This document shows positions 38,276-46,912 of a stretch of DNA of 64,000 bases, piece after piece; the first letter of the stretch is position 1, and every line of letters starts with the position of its first letter. Location: assembly GCA_037441525.1 (NCBI GenBank), contig JBBISA010000002.1, positions 75,302 to 139,301 on the forward strand, given 5' to 3'. Position numbers and translations under genes: made by a program. A model generated the notes under the pieces. It did not search any database. It had not been told where the DNA came from and saw only the letters and a program-made list of their open reading frames with translations. This DNA is from Bacteroidota bacterium (GTDB lineage: Bacteria > Bacteroidota > Bacteroidia > Bacteroidales > UBA7960).

Positions 38276-38337
38276 TTTGGGGAAGTCTGAATTATATAAT
38301 AATTTTATGTAGTAATACCCACATTAAATTAATTGCT

Positions 38338-39342
38338 TTGAAACATTATAATATTCCGGTTTTTATACCCGAACTGGCCTGCCCTTTCCGATGTATATAC
38401 TGCAATCAATACAATATAACGGGTTCATGCAACTCTCCCGAACTCAATCAGGTAAATAAAACCATCGAAACCCATCTCTCAACCATCAACCCATCCGGAA
38501 CAAGAGTAGAAGTTGCATTTTTTGGAGGTAGTTTCACTGGCTTAACCAGAGTAGAGCAGAATAGATATCTCAATACGGCAAAACCCTGGATTGAGAAAAA
38601 GCTTATTCAAGGTATCAGAATATCAACCAGACCTGATTACATTACTTCATCTATCCTCGAAAACCTCAAAGAAAACCATGTTACAGCCATTGAATTAGGT
38701 GCACAGTCGATGAATGAGAGCGTTTTGAATCAGGCCGGCAGGGGACACACTGCTGCACAGGTTGTAGAAGCATCAAGACTTATTAAAAGCTTTGGTTTTG
38801 AACTGGGGTTACAGATGATGACTGGTTTGCCAGGCGATTCACCTCAGTCGGCAATGGCAACTGCTACACTTTTTGTATCGCTTGGGGCCGATTCAACCAG
38901 AATTTATCCGGCACTTGTTTTGCGGGATACTGAGCTGGCGGTATTGTATAAAAGGGGTTTTTACATGCCACAAACCATTGACGAAGCAGTTGATCTTTGT
39001 GTTGCCCTGCATGAAATATTTCAAAAGGGCAACGTAAAAATTCTTCGCACAGGCTTGCATCCTTCCGAAGGCTTTTATTCCAGTGATGTATTGCTGGCCG
39101 GGCCCTTTCATCCGTCTTTTGGCGAACTGGTTTCTACCCAAATATGGAACAAAAGATTTCAACCACTCGCCACTCAAAAAAACGGGAAATCTGTCAATAT
39201 AACCGTTTACCCTAAAGAATTGAATTCCGCAATAGGTTATAAAGCTTCCAATCGAAAATGGCTCGAAAATTCTTACAAAAGGGTTTCTTTTACAGCTCAG
39301 CCAGAAATTGCCAAAGGCCGGTTTTATGCTGATATTTATTGA
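38338..39342 (+). CDS. Radical SAM protein (ELP3/HemN-like family)
   Basis: CPFRCIYCNQ cluster motif right after a probable TTG start (MKHYNIPVFIPELA). The track start at 38227 would place the rocD terminator inside the coding sequence. Confidence 0.7.
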   Translation: MKHYNIPVFIPELACPFRCIYCNQYNITGSCNSPELNQVNKTIETHLSTINPSGTRVEVAFFGGSFTGLTRVEQNRYLNTAKPWIEKKLIQGIRISTRPDYITSSILENLKENHVTAIELGAQSMNESVLNQAGRGHTAAQVVEASRLIKSFGFELGLQMMTGLPGDSPQSAMATATLFVSLGADSTRIYPALVLRDTELAVLYKRGFYMPQTIDEAVDLCVALHEIFQKGNVKILRTGLHPSEGFYSSDVLLAGPFHPSFGELVSTQIWNKRFQPLATQKNGKSVNITVYPKELNSAIGYKASNRKWLENSYKRVSFTAQPEIAKGRFYADIY

Positions 39343-40009
39343 CGCAAGGGCCCCTGAAATGGCAAAAAAAAATCTTGCCCAATGGGGAGATGTAATTCCA
39401 TTTATTACTCAGGGTATTTGTTATGATGCCATTTCGGGCCATCCCGATATTTTTATGTTTCAACATCCGGAAGGTTTAGTAGTGGCATCTAATCTGCCTA
39501 AACAATATTTCGAAATATTAAACAGGGCTAAAATTCAACATTCAATCGGAAAAAAATCTGTTGGTTATCTTTATCCGGAAACATCTTATTATAATGCCCT
39601 TTGGTCATCATACGGTATAATCCACAATACTCATTTTACAGCGCATGAAGTTCTTTCCAAAGCAAACCACACTATATCCTGCAAACAAGGTTATGTAAGG
39701 TGCAATACAGTTCAGATTGGCAAAACCCTTGCTACTTCCGATCCAGGTATAAAGAAGGTTTTTGAAAATAAGGGGATTCCCCATGTTTTTATTAATCCTT
39801 CAGTTATAACTCTTCCGGGGTTTAAGCATGGTTTTTTTGGAGGTTGCTGTGGGATTTGGAATAACAAACTATTTATTTGCGGAAATCCTGAATTATTGCC
39901 TGATTATGTCAGGCTTTCAGAATTAATTCAATGCAAAAATTTTGAGATGGTAGCATTGTATCAAGGCCCACTTATAGATATTGGTGGAATATTCTTCATC
40001 CCATTTTAA
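39326..40009 (+). CDS. Hypothetical protein (possibly guanidino-modifying-enzyme-like fold)
   Basis: The ATG at 39326 overlaps the end of the radical SAM gene by 17 nt. Motifs GHPDIFMF and FFGGCCGIW. The family assignment is uncertain. Confidence 0.45.
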   Translation: MLIFIDARAPEMAKKNLAQWGDVIPFITQGICYDAISGHPDIFMFQHPEGLVVASNLPKQYFEILNRAKIQHSIGKKSVGYLYPETSYYNALWSSYGIIHNTHFTAHEVLSKANHTISCKQGYVRCNTVQIGKTLATSDPGIKKVFENKGIPHVFINPSVITLPGFKHGFFGGCCGIWNNKLFICGNPELLPDYVRLSELIQCKNFEMVALYQGPLIDIGGIFFIPF

Positions 40010-40133
40010 TGACAGAAATTTTGGAATACTGACATTAATAAAGCATCCAGCACTTTGGTGTGCATAATGGGATTCAAAAAACATTCACCAACCTCATAGA
40101 CTAAGCACCTTGCACTTATTTGGGTCTTAACAA

Positions 40134-40919
40134 TTATCGAATTTGCAAATTCACCTTTACTTCCTTTGCGATTTCAAGAGCCGTTGTTAGAGTATTCAAA
40201 CCGTCATAAAGTTTTCCATCAGCGCCCGCCCAATGGCTATGTCCTACCGGCTTTAGGGTGTATTCTACCAGAGGATTCCTGATATCAATGGTTACTTTGT
40301 AAACCACCGCAGGCTGGCTCGAAGTTTTGTAATTAGGGTCATTGGGATATTTATTGTTGTGCCAGTGCTGATTCCAATCCCACGATTGGTTTATCTCCAT
40401 GGCAACTACAAAAACATCAGGTGTTTGGGGTCCGGTGCGGGTTGTCAGTATAAATCCGGCTTTGGGGGTTGGTCCAGTTACAGCATCGGGCATAGGATCA
40501 TCAGGGGTAGGTATGTAATATTCGTCGGGTGCTTTTACGCCTCTTTTATGCCCCCAATAGGGCAGTGCAGCGGGGCGTCTCAAAGGACCCGGCTCCCAAT
40601 GCCCACTACTGCCGTCCACATGCCTGAAGTAACCTTTGGCAATTGATTCTGCCACATATAGGCTGCGAATATAATTTCCATCAACATCCTCCATCCAGAA
40701 AGCCATAAGGGGATGATTATGCCTTCGGCCGGGTGTAAAACTTATTATGAGTTCATACCCGCCCTCATTATCATGTGTGCGTATCTGCTGGGGTATTGGA
40801 GCCTTTTTCCTGCGTGGCCACATTTCTTCGCCCCAGTTATTCCAATCGGCAAAGGCAGTTAGTAAAGGAAGTGATAAAGCAATGGTTAACAGAACTACTG
40901 TGCTTCTTTTTATTTTCAT
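40134..40919 (-). CDS. Exported protein, DUF2271-like
   Basis: Start at MKIKRSTVVLLTIALSLPLLTAFA (40919), 13 nt after the receptor stop. The segment PLMAFWMEDVDGNYIRSLYV resembles DUF2271. Confidence 0.45.
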   Translation of the reverse strand: MKIKRSTVVLLTIALSLPLLTAFADWNNWGEEMWPRRKKAPIPQQIRTHDNEGGYELIISFTPGRRHNHPLMAFWMEDVDGNYIRSLYVAESIAKGYFRHVDGSSGHWEPGPLRRPAALPYWGHKRGVKAPDEYYIPTPDDPMPDAVTGPTPKAGFILTTRTGPQTPDVFVVAMEINQSWDWNQHWHNNKYPNDPNYKTSSQPAVVYKVTIDIRNPLVEYTLKPVGHSHWAGADGKLYDGLNTLTTALEIAKEVKVNLQIR

Positions 40920-40932
40920 TTCTTTAAGGTAT

Positions 40933-43326
40933 TTAAAATTCAAACATAATTCCGATGCTTGGCAATACATTGCCGGTTTCATTAACAAGCTGCCTCAATC
41001 TGTATCTGGTTATACCATTTTCGTCAACAAAGGGAGGTTCGTTTTCATTGCGGAGCAGATTGGGAGGTAATTGCGATTTAAAATTATAAGCATTCTGAAT
41101 ATCAAGATAAAACATCAGCGAAAAAGTTGGAAAGAAAAACTGTTTGTCTATACGCAAATCGAGCTGATGAAAGGATGGCAGACGGATGGTGTTAAATCTT
41201 GAATAATCCAAATACCCCTGACGTTGCAAATCCCATGCGTCAACCCTGGTTGATGTTTCGAGGTCGAACGGGGTGTAAGGTGCACCACCCGAAAACCTCC
41301 ATTTGGCTCCAATATCCCAGTTGCGGGGCAGTTTTTTTGTGGCAGTTAAATTTATCAGATGGCGGTTGTCCCAGGTTGATGGTATATATTTTCCTGAAGG
41401 GTCTTTAAATTCGCTCCTGACATAAGTGTATGATAAGATAACATTTAGATTTTTAATTCTTTGTTCACGGAAAAGAAGTTCGGCGCCATAAGCCCGCCCT
41501 TGCGATGTTGAGGTAACTTCCTCATCGCCAAATACTCCAAAATCGATGGACTTGCTGCTTAACGGAACCCCGTCGGCTACTGAGAACGGATATTTATCGT
41601 AGTTTTTATAGAATCCTTCAAGGGTGATTATTGTTTGAGGAGTGGGCAGAAGTTCAAATCCGGTAACAAAATGGTCTACACTAATGAATGATAAATTGTT
41701 TTCCCTGTTCTTTAATATGCCATTGTTATCGCGGAAGCCAAGTGATGTATAGGAGGGAAGCTGGTAAAACCTTCCAATACTGCTGTTGAGGGTAAGGTTC
41801 TTTCGCAGTTTGTATGATGCGGAAATGCGTGGCGACAACTGATTTAATGGATTTGCCATGTTTGAAGAATAGTTGTTGGCATCGGTTCGCAATCCAAAAG
41901 AAACAGTAAGGTTATTTTGCAAAAAACCACGGGTTACCTGGCCAAAAAGACTCCATTTATACATATCAAGGAAAGAATCATAATCGATGATATTGAGTTG
42001 ATTGGCAAAAAATATTTTCTGAAAGGTGCTGTTCAGGTACTTTGCATATTCGGCTCCACCACCGTAAATAAACCTGTATGGACCGGCTTCGGTGGTTCTT
42101 TCGTAACGCAGTTTGTTTTCAATTTCATCCGATTCGTAATCAAGTACCCGGGGTTTGCTTTCATCGTTGTCGGGGTATTTAAAGGCAAAATTGCGCAGCA
42201 TATTGCGACTAAGCACAACCCGGTCAAAACCGTTGGTTCTGAATCTGCGATAAACTACACCGGTTGTGTAATTCCATTGTTCATTTACGGGTAGGTAATC
42301 AAGAATATATCGTTGTTCTTCAGTTTCGTTGGCATCGAGGTTCAGTCTGAACTGGTCTAAGGCGCCAATACCAATAAAGGTAAGCTCTTCCTTTTCGCTC
42401 AGCCTGGTATCGGTCTTAATCTGAAAATCATTGTAGGTGGGAAGAAAAGGCAATCCGATAACACTAAAGAGAAATTGAAGGTATGAACGACGGGCTGAAA
42501 AAATTATGGTAGTATTCTGACCTAAAGGCCCATCCATTGTTAGTGCTAAGTCACTTGCTCCAACAGTACCCCTGAAATTAAACTTTTCGCTATCGCCTCG
42601 CACCTGCCTGAATTCGAAAACCGAGCTCAATGCGTTGCCACGGTTGGCCGGAAAAGCTGATGAATACATCTCTACTTCCCTTACAAAGTCTACGTTGATG
42701 ATACCAACAGGACCACCGCTGGCACCCTGGGTAGCGAAGTGGTTGAGATTGGGAATTTCTACACCATCGAGAAAAAATCTGTTTTCATTGGGCCCGCCAC
42801 CCCTGATTATAACATCGTTGCGAAATGCCGGGGTAAAGGCCACACCTGGCAGCGATTGAATTACCTTTGAAATGTCGCGGTTGCTGCCCGGGCTTCTTTC
42901 AATTTCAGAGATGCCAAGCCGGCGCAACGAAACCGGGCTTTCTTCCCTTCGCTGAAATACTGGTGCTTCAATGATTACTTCGTCGAGCTGAAGGTCGATG
43001 GCGCGCATGGGGATGTCGACGGTGGCCGTGCGGGCGTTGGTTACCTGAAATTCTTCGGTTACTTTGCGCTCAAATCCAACGGCCGAAACCTGCAGACGCA
43101 CAAAGCCTGGTGTTATTCCTGTAAACAGGAAGTTTCCATCAAGGTCGGTGGTACTTCCGATATTGCTTCCGAAAATTACAATGTTGGTAAAAGGGAGAGG
43201 TTCATTGTTTTTTTCGTTGTATACCCTTCCTCTTATGCTTCCTGTCTGGGCAAGGCTCTCCGAAATAATAACAAGCAAGAATGCCAGTATGGTTAAAAAA
43301 ATTATTGAGTAGCGTTTAATTGTCAT
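40933..43326 (-). CDS. TonB-dependent receptor with N-terminal carboxypeptidase-regulatory-like domain
   Basis: GSIRGRVYNEKNNEPLPFTNIVIFGSNIGSTTDLDGNF (CarbopepD_reg-like), a plug domain, and a 22-strand-type barrel ending IGIMFEF. Confidence 0.85.
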   Translation of the reverse strand: MTIKRYSIIFLTILAFLLVIISESLAQTGSIRGRVYNEKNNEPLPFTNIVIFGSNIGSTTDLDGNFLFTGITPGFVRLQVSAVGFERKVTEEFQVTNARTATVDIPMRAIDLQLDEVIIEAPVFQRREESPVSLRRLGISEIERSPGSNRDISKVIQSLPGVAFTPAFRNDVIIRGGGPNENRFFLDGVEIPNLNHFATQGASGGPVGIINVDFVREVEMYSSAFPANRGNALSSVFEFRQVRGDSEKFNFRGTVGASDLALTMDGPLGQNTTIIFSARRSYLQFLFSVIGLPFLPTYNDFQIKTDTRLSEKEELTFIGIGALDQFRLNLDANETEEQRYILDYLPVNEQWNYTTGVVYRRFRTNGFDRVVLSRNMLRNFAFKYPDNDESKPRVLDYESDEIENKLRYERTTEAGPYRFIYGGGAEYAKYLNSTFQKIFFANQLNIIDYDSFLDMYKWSLFGQVTRGFLQNNLTVSFGLRTDANNYSSNMANPLNQLSPRISASYKLRKNLTLNSSIGRFYQLPSYTSLGFRDNNGILKNRENNLSFISVDHFVTGFELLPTPQTIITLEGFYKNYDKYPFSVADGVPLSSKSIDFGVFGDEEVTSTSQGRAYGAELLFREQRIKNLNVILSYTYVRSEFKDPSGKYIPSTWDNRHLINLTATKKLPRNWDIGAKWRFSGGAPYTPFDLETSTRVDAWDLQRQGYLDYSRFNTIRLPSFHQLDLRIDKQFFFPTFSLMFYLDIQNAYNFKSQLPPNLLRNENEPPFVDENGITRYRLRQLVNETGNVLPSIGIMFEF

Positions 43327-43503
43327 GGCTTTTTTTTATGTTAATCGTTTACGACACAACAAACGAAAAATAACATCAATTGTTTAACAATTCGTATTTT
43401 TTTATTCAACAAATATACTTCGATATTAATTTCATAAAACCAAAGTTGGTGCTGAAGAAGTATGCCTTTTTCAAATTCCATTAAATCATGAAAATGTTTT
43501 ATC

Positions 43504-43784
43504 TGAATATCTATAATCTTGCAATTAATTATAAGTATTAAGATATCAGGCTACTTATCTATTACCGTCAGTTAAAACTGACGGTAAGTAGCCATCCCCA
43601 ATCCACGGCGACTTTAGTCCCATTCTTAAGAACTTTTGCAATAGCGCTGTCAAATAATGCATTGGCCCTGATTTTATGTATTTCACAGCGCACTTTTATA
43701 TCCTTCAAATTCTCCACCGTTTACTAAAGTCAACGGCAATAGATTTAATATCTAAAATATTACTGGCAAGATTGCGGATATTCA
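43504..43784. repeat. Inverted-repeat-bounded 281-bp element (MITE-like or structured RNA)
   Basis: The left end TGAATATCtatAATCTTGC (43504-43522) is mirrored by GCAAGATTgcgGATATTCA (43767-43784). Internally there is an 18-bp interrupted hairpin (43549-43593) and nested 9-bp and 7-bp complementary pairs. Confidence 0.35.
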
Positions 43785-43875
43785 CCGAGTTTTAAAAGTA
43801 ATTTACATGTCAATTAATCTATTGTTGTAATAAATACTAATTTCGTTGATAGTTTTACGGGTTTAATAACTTGCT

Positions 43876-44280
43876 ATGGAATCATTAACCCTTACCACCC
43901 CAGCCTTGCTTTTTTCGGCAATTTCGCTGATTTTACTTGCATATACCAACCGGTTTCTTACTCTTGCCCAGCTGGTCAGAAATCTACATGCCATGTACAA
44001 AAACGATCCATCGCAACTACTCTACGGGCAAATCGACAACCTTCGCAGGCGTATTTATCTCATCAAAAATATGCAGGTATACGGCGTAGCCAGTTTGCTT
44101 TTATGTGTTGTAAGTATGTTTTTGATTTATATTAAAAGTAACCTTGCAGCGGAAATAATATTCGGCCTTGGGCTGGTTGCTCTTATGGTTTCGCTGGCTA
44201 TCAGTATCTGGGAAATTGTTATCAGCGTAAAGGCTCTAAACCTACACATCAGCGATCTGGAAGCGCATAAATCAGCTTAA
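43876..44280 (+). CDS. DUF2721-like membrane protein
   Basis: 134 aa with three transmembrane segments. The N-terminus TTPALLFSAISLILLAYTNRF resembles DUF2721. Confidence 0.6.
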   Translation: MESLTLTTPALLFSAISLILLAYTNRFLTLAQLVRNLHAMYKNDPSQLLYGQIDNLRRRIYLIKNMQVYGVASLLLCVVSMFLIYIKSNLAAEIIFGLGLVALMVSLAISIWEIVISVKALNLHISDLEAHKSA

Positions 44281-44362
44281 ATTCAATGGCTTTTGTTTTT
44301 GCTTATCAATTCCAAAATTGTCGAACATTATTTCTTTACTCTACCAACCAAATATTAAGAAT

Positions 44363-45070
44363 ATGAAATCAACAACTGACAAAAGGATTCTTTTAGGTGT
44401 AATACTCATTACTGCAGGAACAATTCTACTTTTGCGCTACCTGGATATTATACCATTTTTTTTCCCTGATTTCCTCATTTCCTGGAAATCCATATTAATT
44501 GTTCTGGGAATAATTCTGCTAATCACAGAAAGGAATAAATCAACAGGTTTTATTTTGCTGAGCATAGGAAGTATTTTCATGGCCATGGATGTTTTTGATA
44601 AGTCTTTCTGGGAGGTATTCCGGTTTGCTGTTCCTATTGCACTGATAATAGCCGGTATTTCGCTTTTGCTAAAAACCCAGTCATATACCAGCAGGGACAT
44701 CAATATTCCGGTTGATGATAATGCGGATGATTATATATCAGATGTAAGCATTTTCGGAGGTGGTGAAAAGAGAATCACATCGCAGCAATTTAAAGGGGGG
44801 AAAATCACCGCTATTTTTGGTGGTTCAGAAATCAATTTACGCTCTGCCAAACTTGCTCCGGGGATTAATGCCATTGAGTTATCATGCATATTTGGAGGAG
44901 TAACCATTTTTGTTCCTGAAGGTTGGCATGTAAAAAATGATGTGTCAGCTATATTTGGCGGATTCTCTGATAAACGAATGGTATTAGGACGTAAATTGGC
45001 CGACGAACAGCCTGATGCTATACTTTATATCAAAGGAACTGTAATTTTTGGTGGAGGCGAGCTTAAATAA
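44363..45070 (+). CDS. LiaF/DUF2154-like cell-envelope stress protein (TM region plus toast-rack domain)
   Basis: Start at MKSTTDKR (ATG 44363). Four transmembrane helices, then repeated FGG motifs (SIFGGGEKR, AIFGGSEINL, CIFGGVTIFVP, AIFGGFSD, VIFGGGELK). Confidence 0.7.
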   Translation: MKSTTDKRILLGVILITAGTILLLRYLDIIPFFFPDFLISWKSILIVLGIILLITERNKSTGFILLSIGSIFMAMDVFDKSFWEVFRFAVPIALIIAGISLLLKTQSYTSRDINIPVDDNADDYISDVSIFGGGEKRITSQQFKGGKITAIFGGSEINLRSAKLAPGINAIELSCIFGGVTIFVPEGWHVKNDVSAIFGGFSDKRMVLGRKLADEQPDAILYIKGTVIFGGGELK

Positions 45071-45113
45071 CTAATCCCACCCGAAACCAATGGTCTTTTT
45101 CATGGATTTACGA

Positions 45114-45150
45114 ACCTTCCAACGAAATTCAATCTTTGGAAGGTTTTTTG
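45114..45150 (+). terminator. Rho-independent terminator after the LiaF-like gene
   Basis: ACCTTCCA, a 15-nt loop, TGGAAGGT, followed by TTTTTG. Confidence 0.55.
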
Positions 45151-45221
45151 TATTAAGCCTTTTCAATTATGATCAGTTGCATTGAAAAGTATTAGTATTT
45201 TTACCAACCAAAAGTTAAGCT

Positions 45222-46847
45222 ATGCCAAAATTATATACTATTTACCTGATATTCTGCTTTTTATTTGTTTTGTCGGGGTGTGCTACCAAAAAACTGCTTA
45301 AACACGCATCTGAGCTTGAACTTTCTGGTCGTTTCAGGCAAGCAGCCGAACTTTATTTCCAGGCCGCACTTGCAAGGCCCGGAAAACCCGAACTTATCGC
45401 CGGTTTGCAGCGTTCAGGCTTTATGTATGCTGAAGATATGCAGCAGGGTATCATTCGCTCCTACAACCAGGGCGAATACCAGAAAGTAGTTTATGATTTT
45501 ATGGAGTTGGAATCATTTGCCCGAAAAGTAAAAAATGCCGGAGTTGACTTGCAAATCGACCCAGGTGTAAGAACTCTTTACCGTAATGCCCAGGATCAGT
45601 TTCTTGAAGAAAAGTACGACCAGGGGCTCCGACTGCTTAGCGAACAACGATTCAACGAAGCCCGAAATATCTTTACGGAAATTCATCGTTTGAATCCTGA
45701 TTACAAAGATACCCGTGCAAACCTTAATATTGCCACCAACGAACCTCTTTATCAAAGCGGTAACCAGCACTTTAACCAACGTAACTACATGGCCGCATGG
45801 CGCGACTGGGACAAGGTTGTGAAACAAGACCCCAATTACAAAGATACCCGTCAACGAATGTTACAAGCTCTCAATGAGCGATATAAAGAGGGAACATTGT
45901 TCCTTATGGACGAAGACTTCAATAATGCCGCATTGGCACTTGGCGATGTTTTCAAGGTAAATCCTTCTTATATGGATGTGGCCCGACTATTTATGGAAGC
46001 CCGCAATGAGCCCCTATACCGACAGGCGCTGGCATCGCTCGAGGCAAACCGCTGCCGGTCAGCCTTCTTTACTTTTAGCTCCATTCTTAATGATACCGGT
46101 GGGTCATACCGCGATAGCCATATTCTTCGCTCTCGTGCCCTGGAGTGTGCTACATTCCCTATAGCAGTTCAAACCGGACCAATGCCCGGACATCCTTCTG
46201 ACGGGGCTGAATTTGAGAACATCCTGATCCAAAGTATTCTAAATAGGGAAGACCCTTTCATAAAAATACACACACTTCCATCATTGAATCCAAGATGGGG
46301 ACGGACACTCACAGGAGCATCGGCAACCCTGAGTCGCGAACAATTGCGCGAACTATACGACCGACATGGCATAAAAGCAGTTTTAATAATCAATTATTTG
46401 CAATACAATCGTATTGAAGGAAGGCCAGAGAGTACTGAAAGAAACGGCTTTACAAGACAGTCATTTACAACGGAAGAAGGGCAGCTTACGTACCGCGATA
46501 ACCTCGTGAAATACACTGAAGTAAAAACATCCAACAACGTGAGCCTTAGTGTTGGTTTTCAGCTTATTGCCACACAAAATGGGCAAATTTTGCTCACAAA
46601 CCGGTTTAATCATGCCGAAGAATCAAACATTCACTATGCCTTGTTTGATGGAGAAATACGTAATCTTTATCCTGCATCGTATGTCAATAGCAATTGGGTA
46701 ATTGATGAACGAAACTATTCATCATTGCAGCGGTTGCTTGTATCAGAAAAGCAGATAGTCCCCACACAAAAACTCAAAGAGTTGGTCTTTGGTAAGATTA
46801 CCGATAGGCTAAGCGATGCAATTGTGAGATACAACCCTGAACGATAA
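45222..46847 (+). CDS. TPR-repeat lipoprotein with a C-terminal alpha/beta domain of unknown function
   Basis: Lipobox VLSGC. Repeated TPR-end motifs (RLNPDYKDTRANL, KQDPNYKDTRQRM, KVNPSYMDVARLF). The C-terminal ~240 aa are unassigned. Confidence 0.6.
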   Translation: MPKLYTIYLIFCFLFVLSGCATKKLLKHASELELSGRFRQAAELYFQAALARPGKPELIAGLQRSGFMYAEDMQQGIIRSYNQGEYQKVVYDFMELESFARKVKNAGVDLQIDPGVRTLYRNAQDQFLEEKYDQGLRLLSEQRFNEARNIFTEIHRLNPDYKDTRANLNIATNEPLYQSGNQHFNQRNYMAAWRDWDKVVKQDPNYKDTRQRMLQALNERYKEGTLFLMDEDFNNAALALGDVFKVNPSYMDVARLFMEARNEPLYRQALASLEANRCRSAFFTFSSILNDTGGSYRDSHILRSRALECATFPIAVQTGPMPGHPSDGAEFENILIQSILNREDPFIKIHTLPSLNPRWGRTLTGASATLSREQLRELYDRHGIKAVLIINYLQYNRIEGRPESTERNGFTRQSFTTEEGQLTYRDNLVKYTEVKTSNNVSLSVGFQLIATQNGQILLTNRFNHAEESNIHYALFDGEIRNLYPASYVNSNWVIDERNYSSLQRLLVSEKQIVPTQKLKELVFGKITDRLSDAIVRYNPER

Positions 46848-46912
46848 TTTATTTACTGAAAACTCCCGTTGACTTTTTCAACTGAATTAACATTATATAT
46901 ACAACAGAATTG

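Noticed and set aside
38227-38337. N-terminal extensions offered by the ORF track (38227 for the radical SAM gene, 4185 for hydE, 1951 for rex, 20642 for the receptor, 40988, 48394, 44318, 16275).
   Set aside because: The extensions overlap upstream genes or a terminator hairpin, and they lack signal or motif content. Internal starts give canonical N-termini (signal peptides, P-loops).
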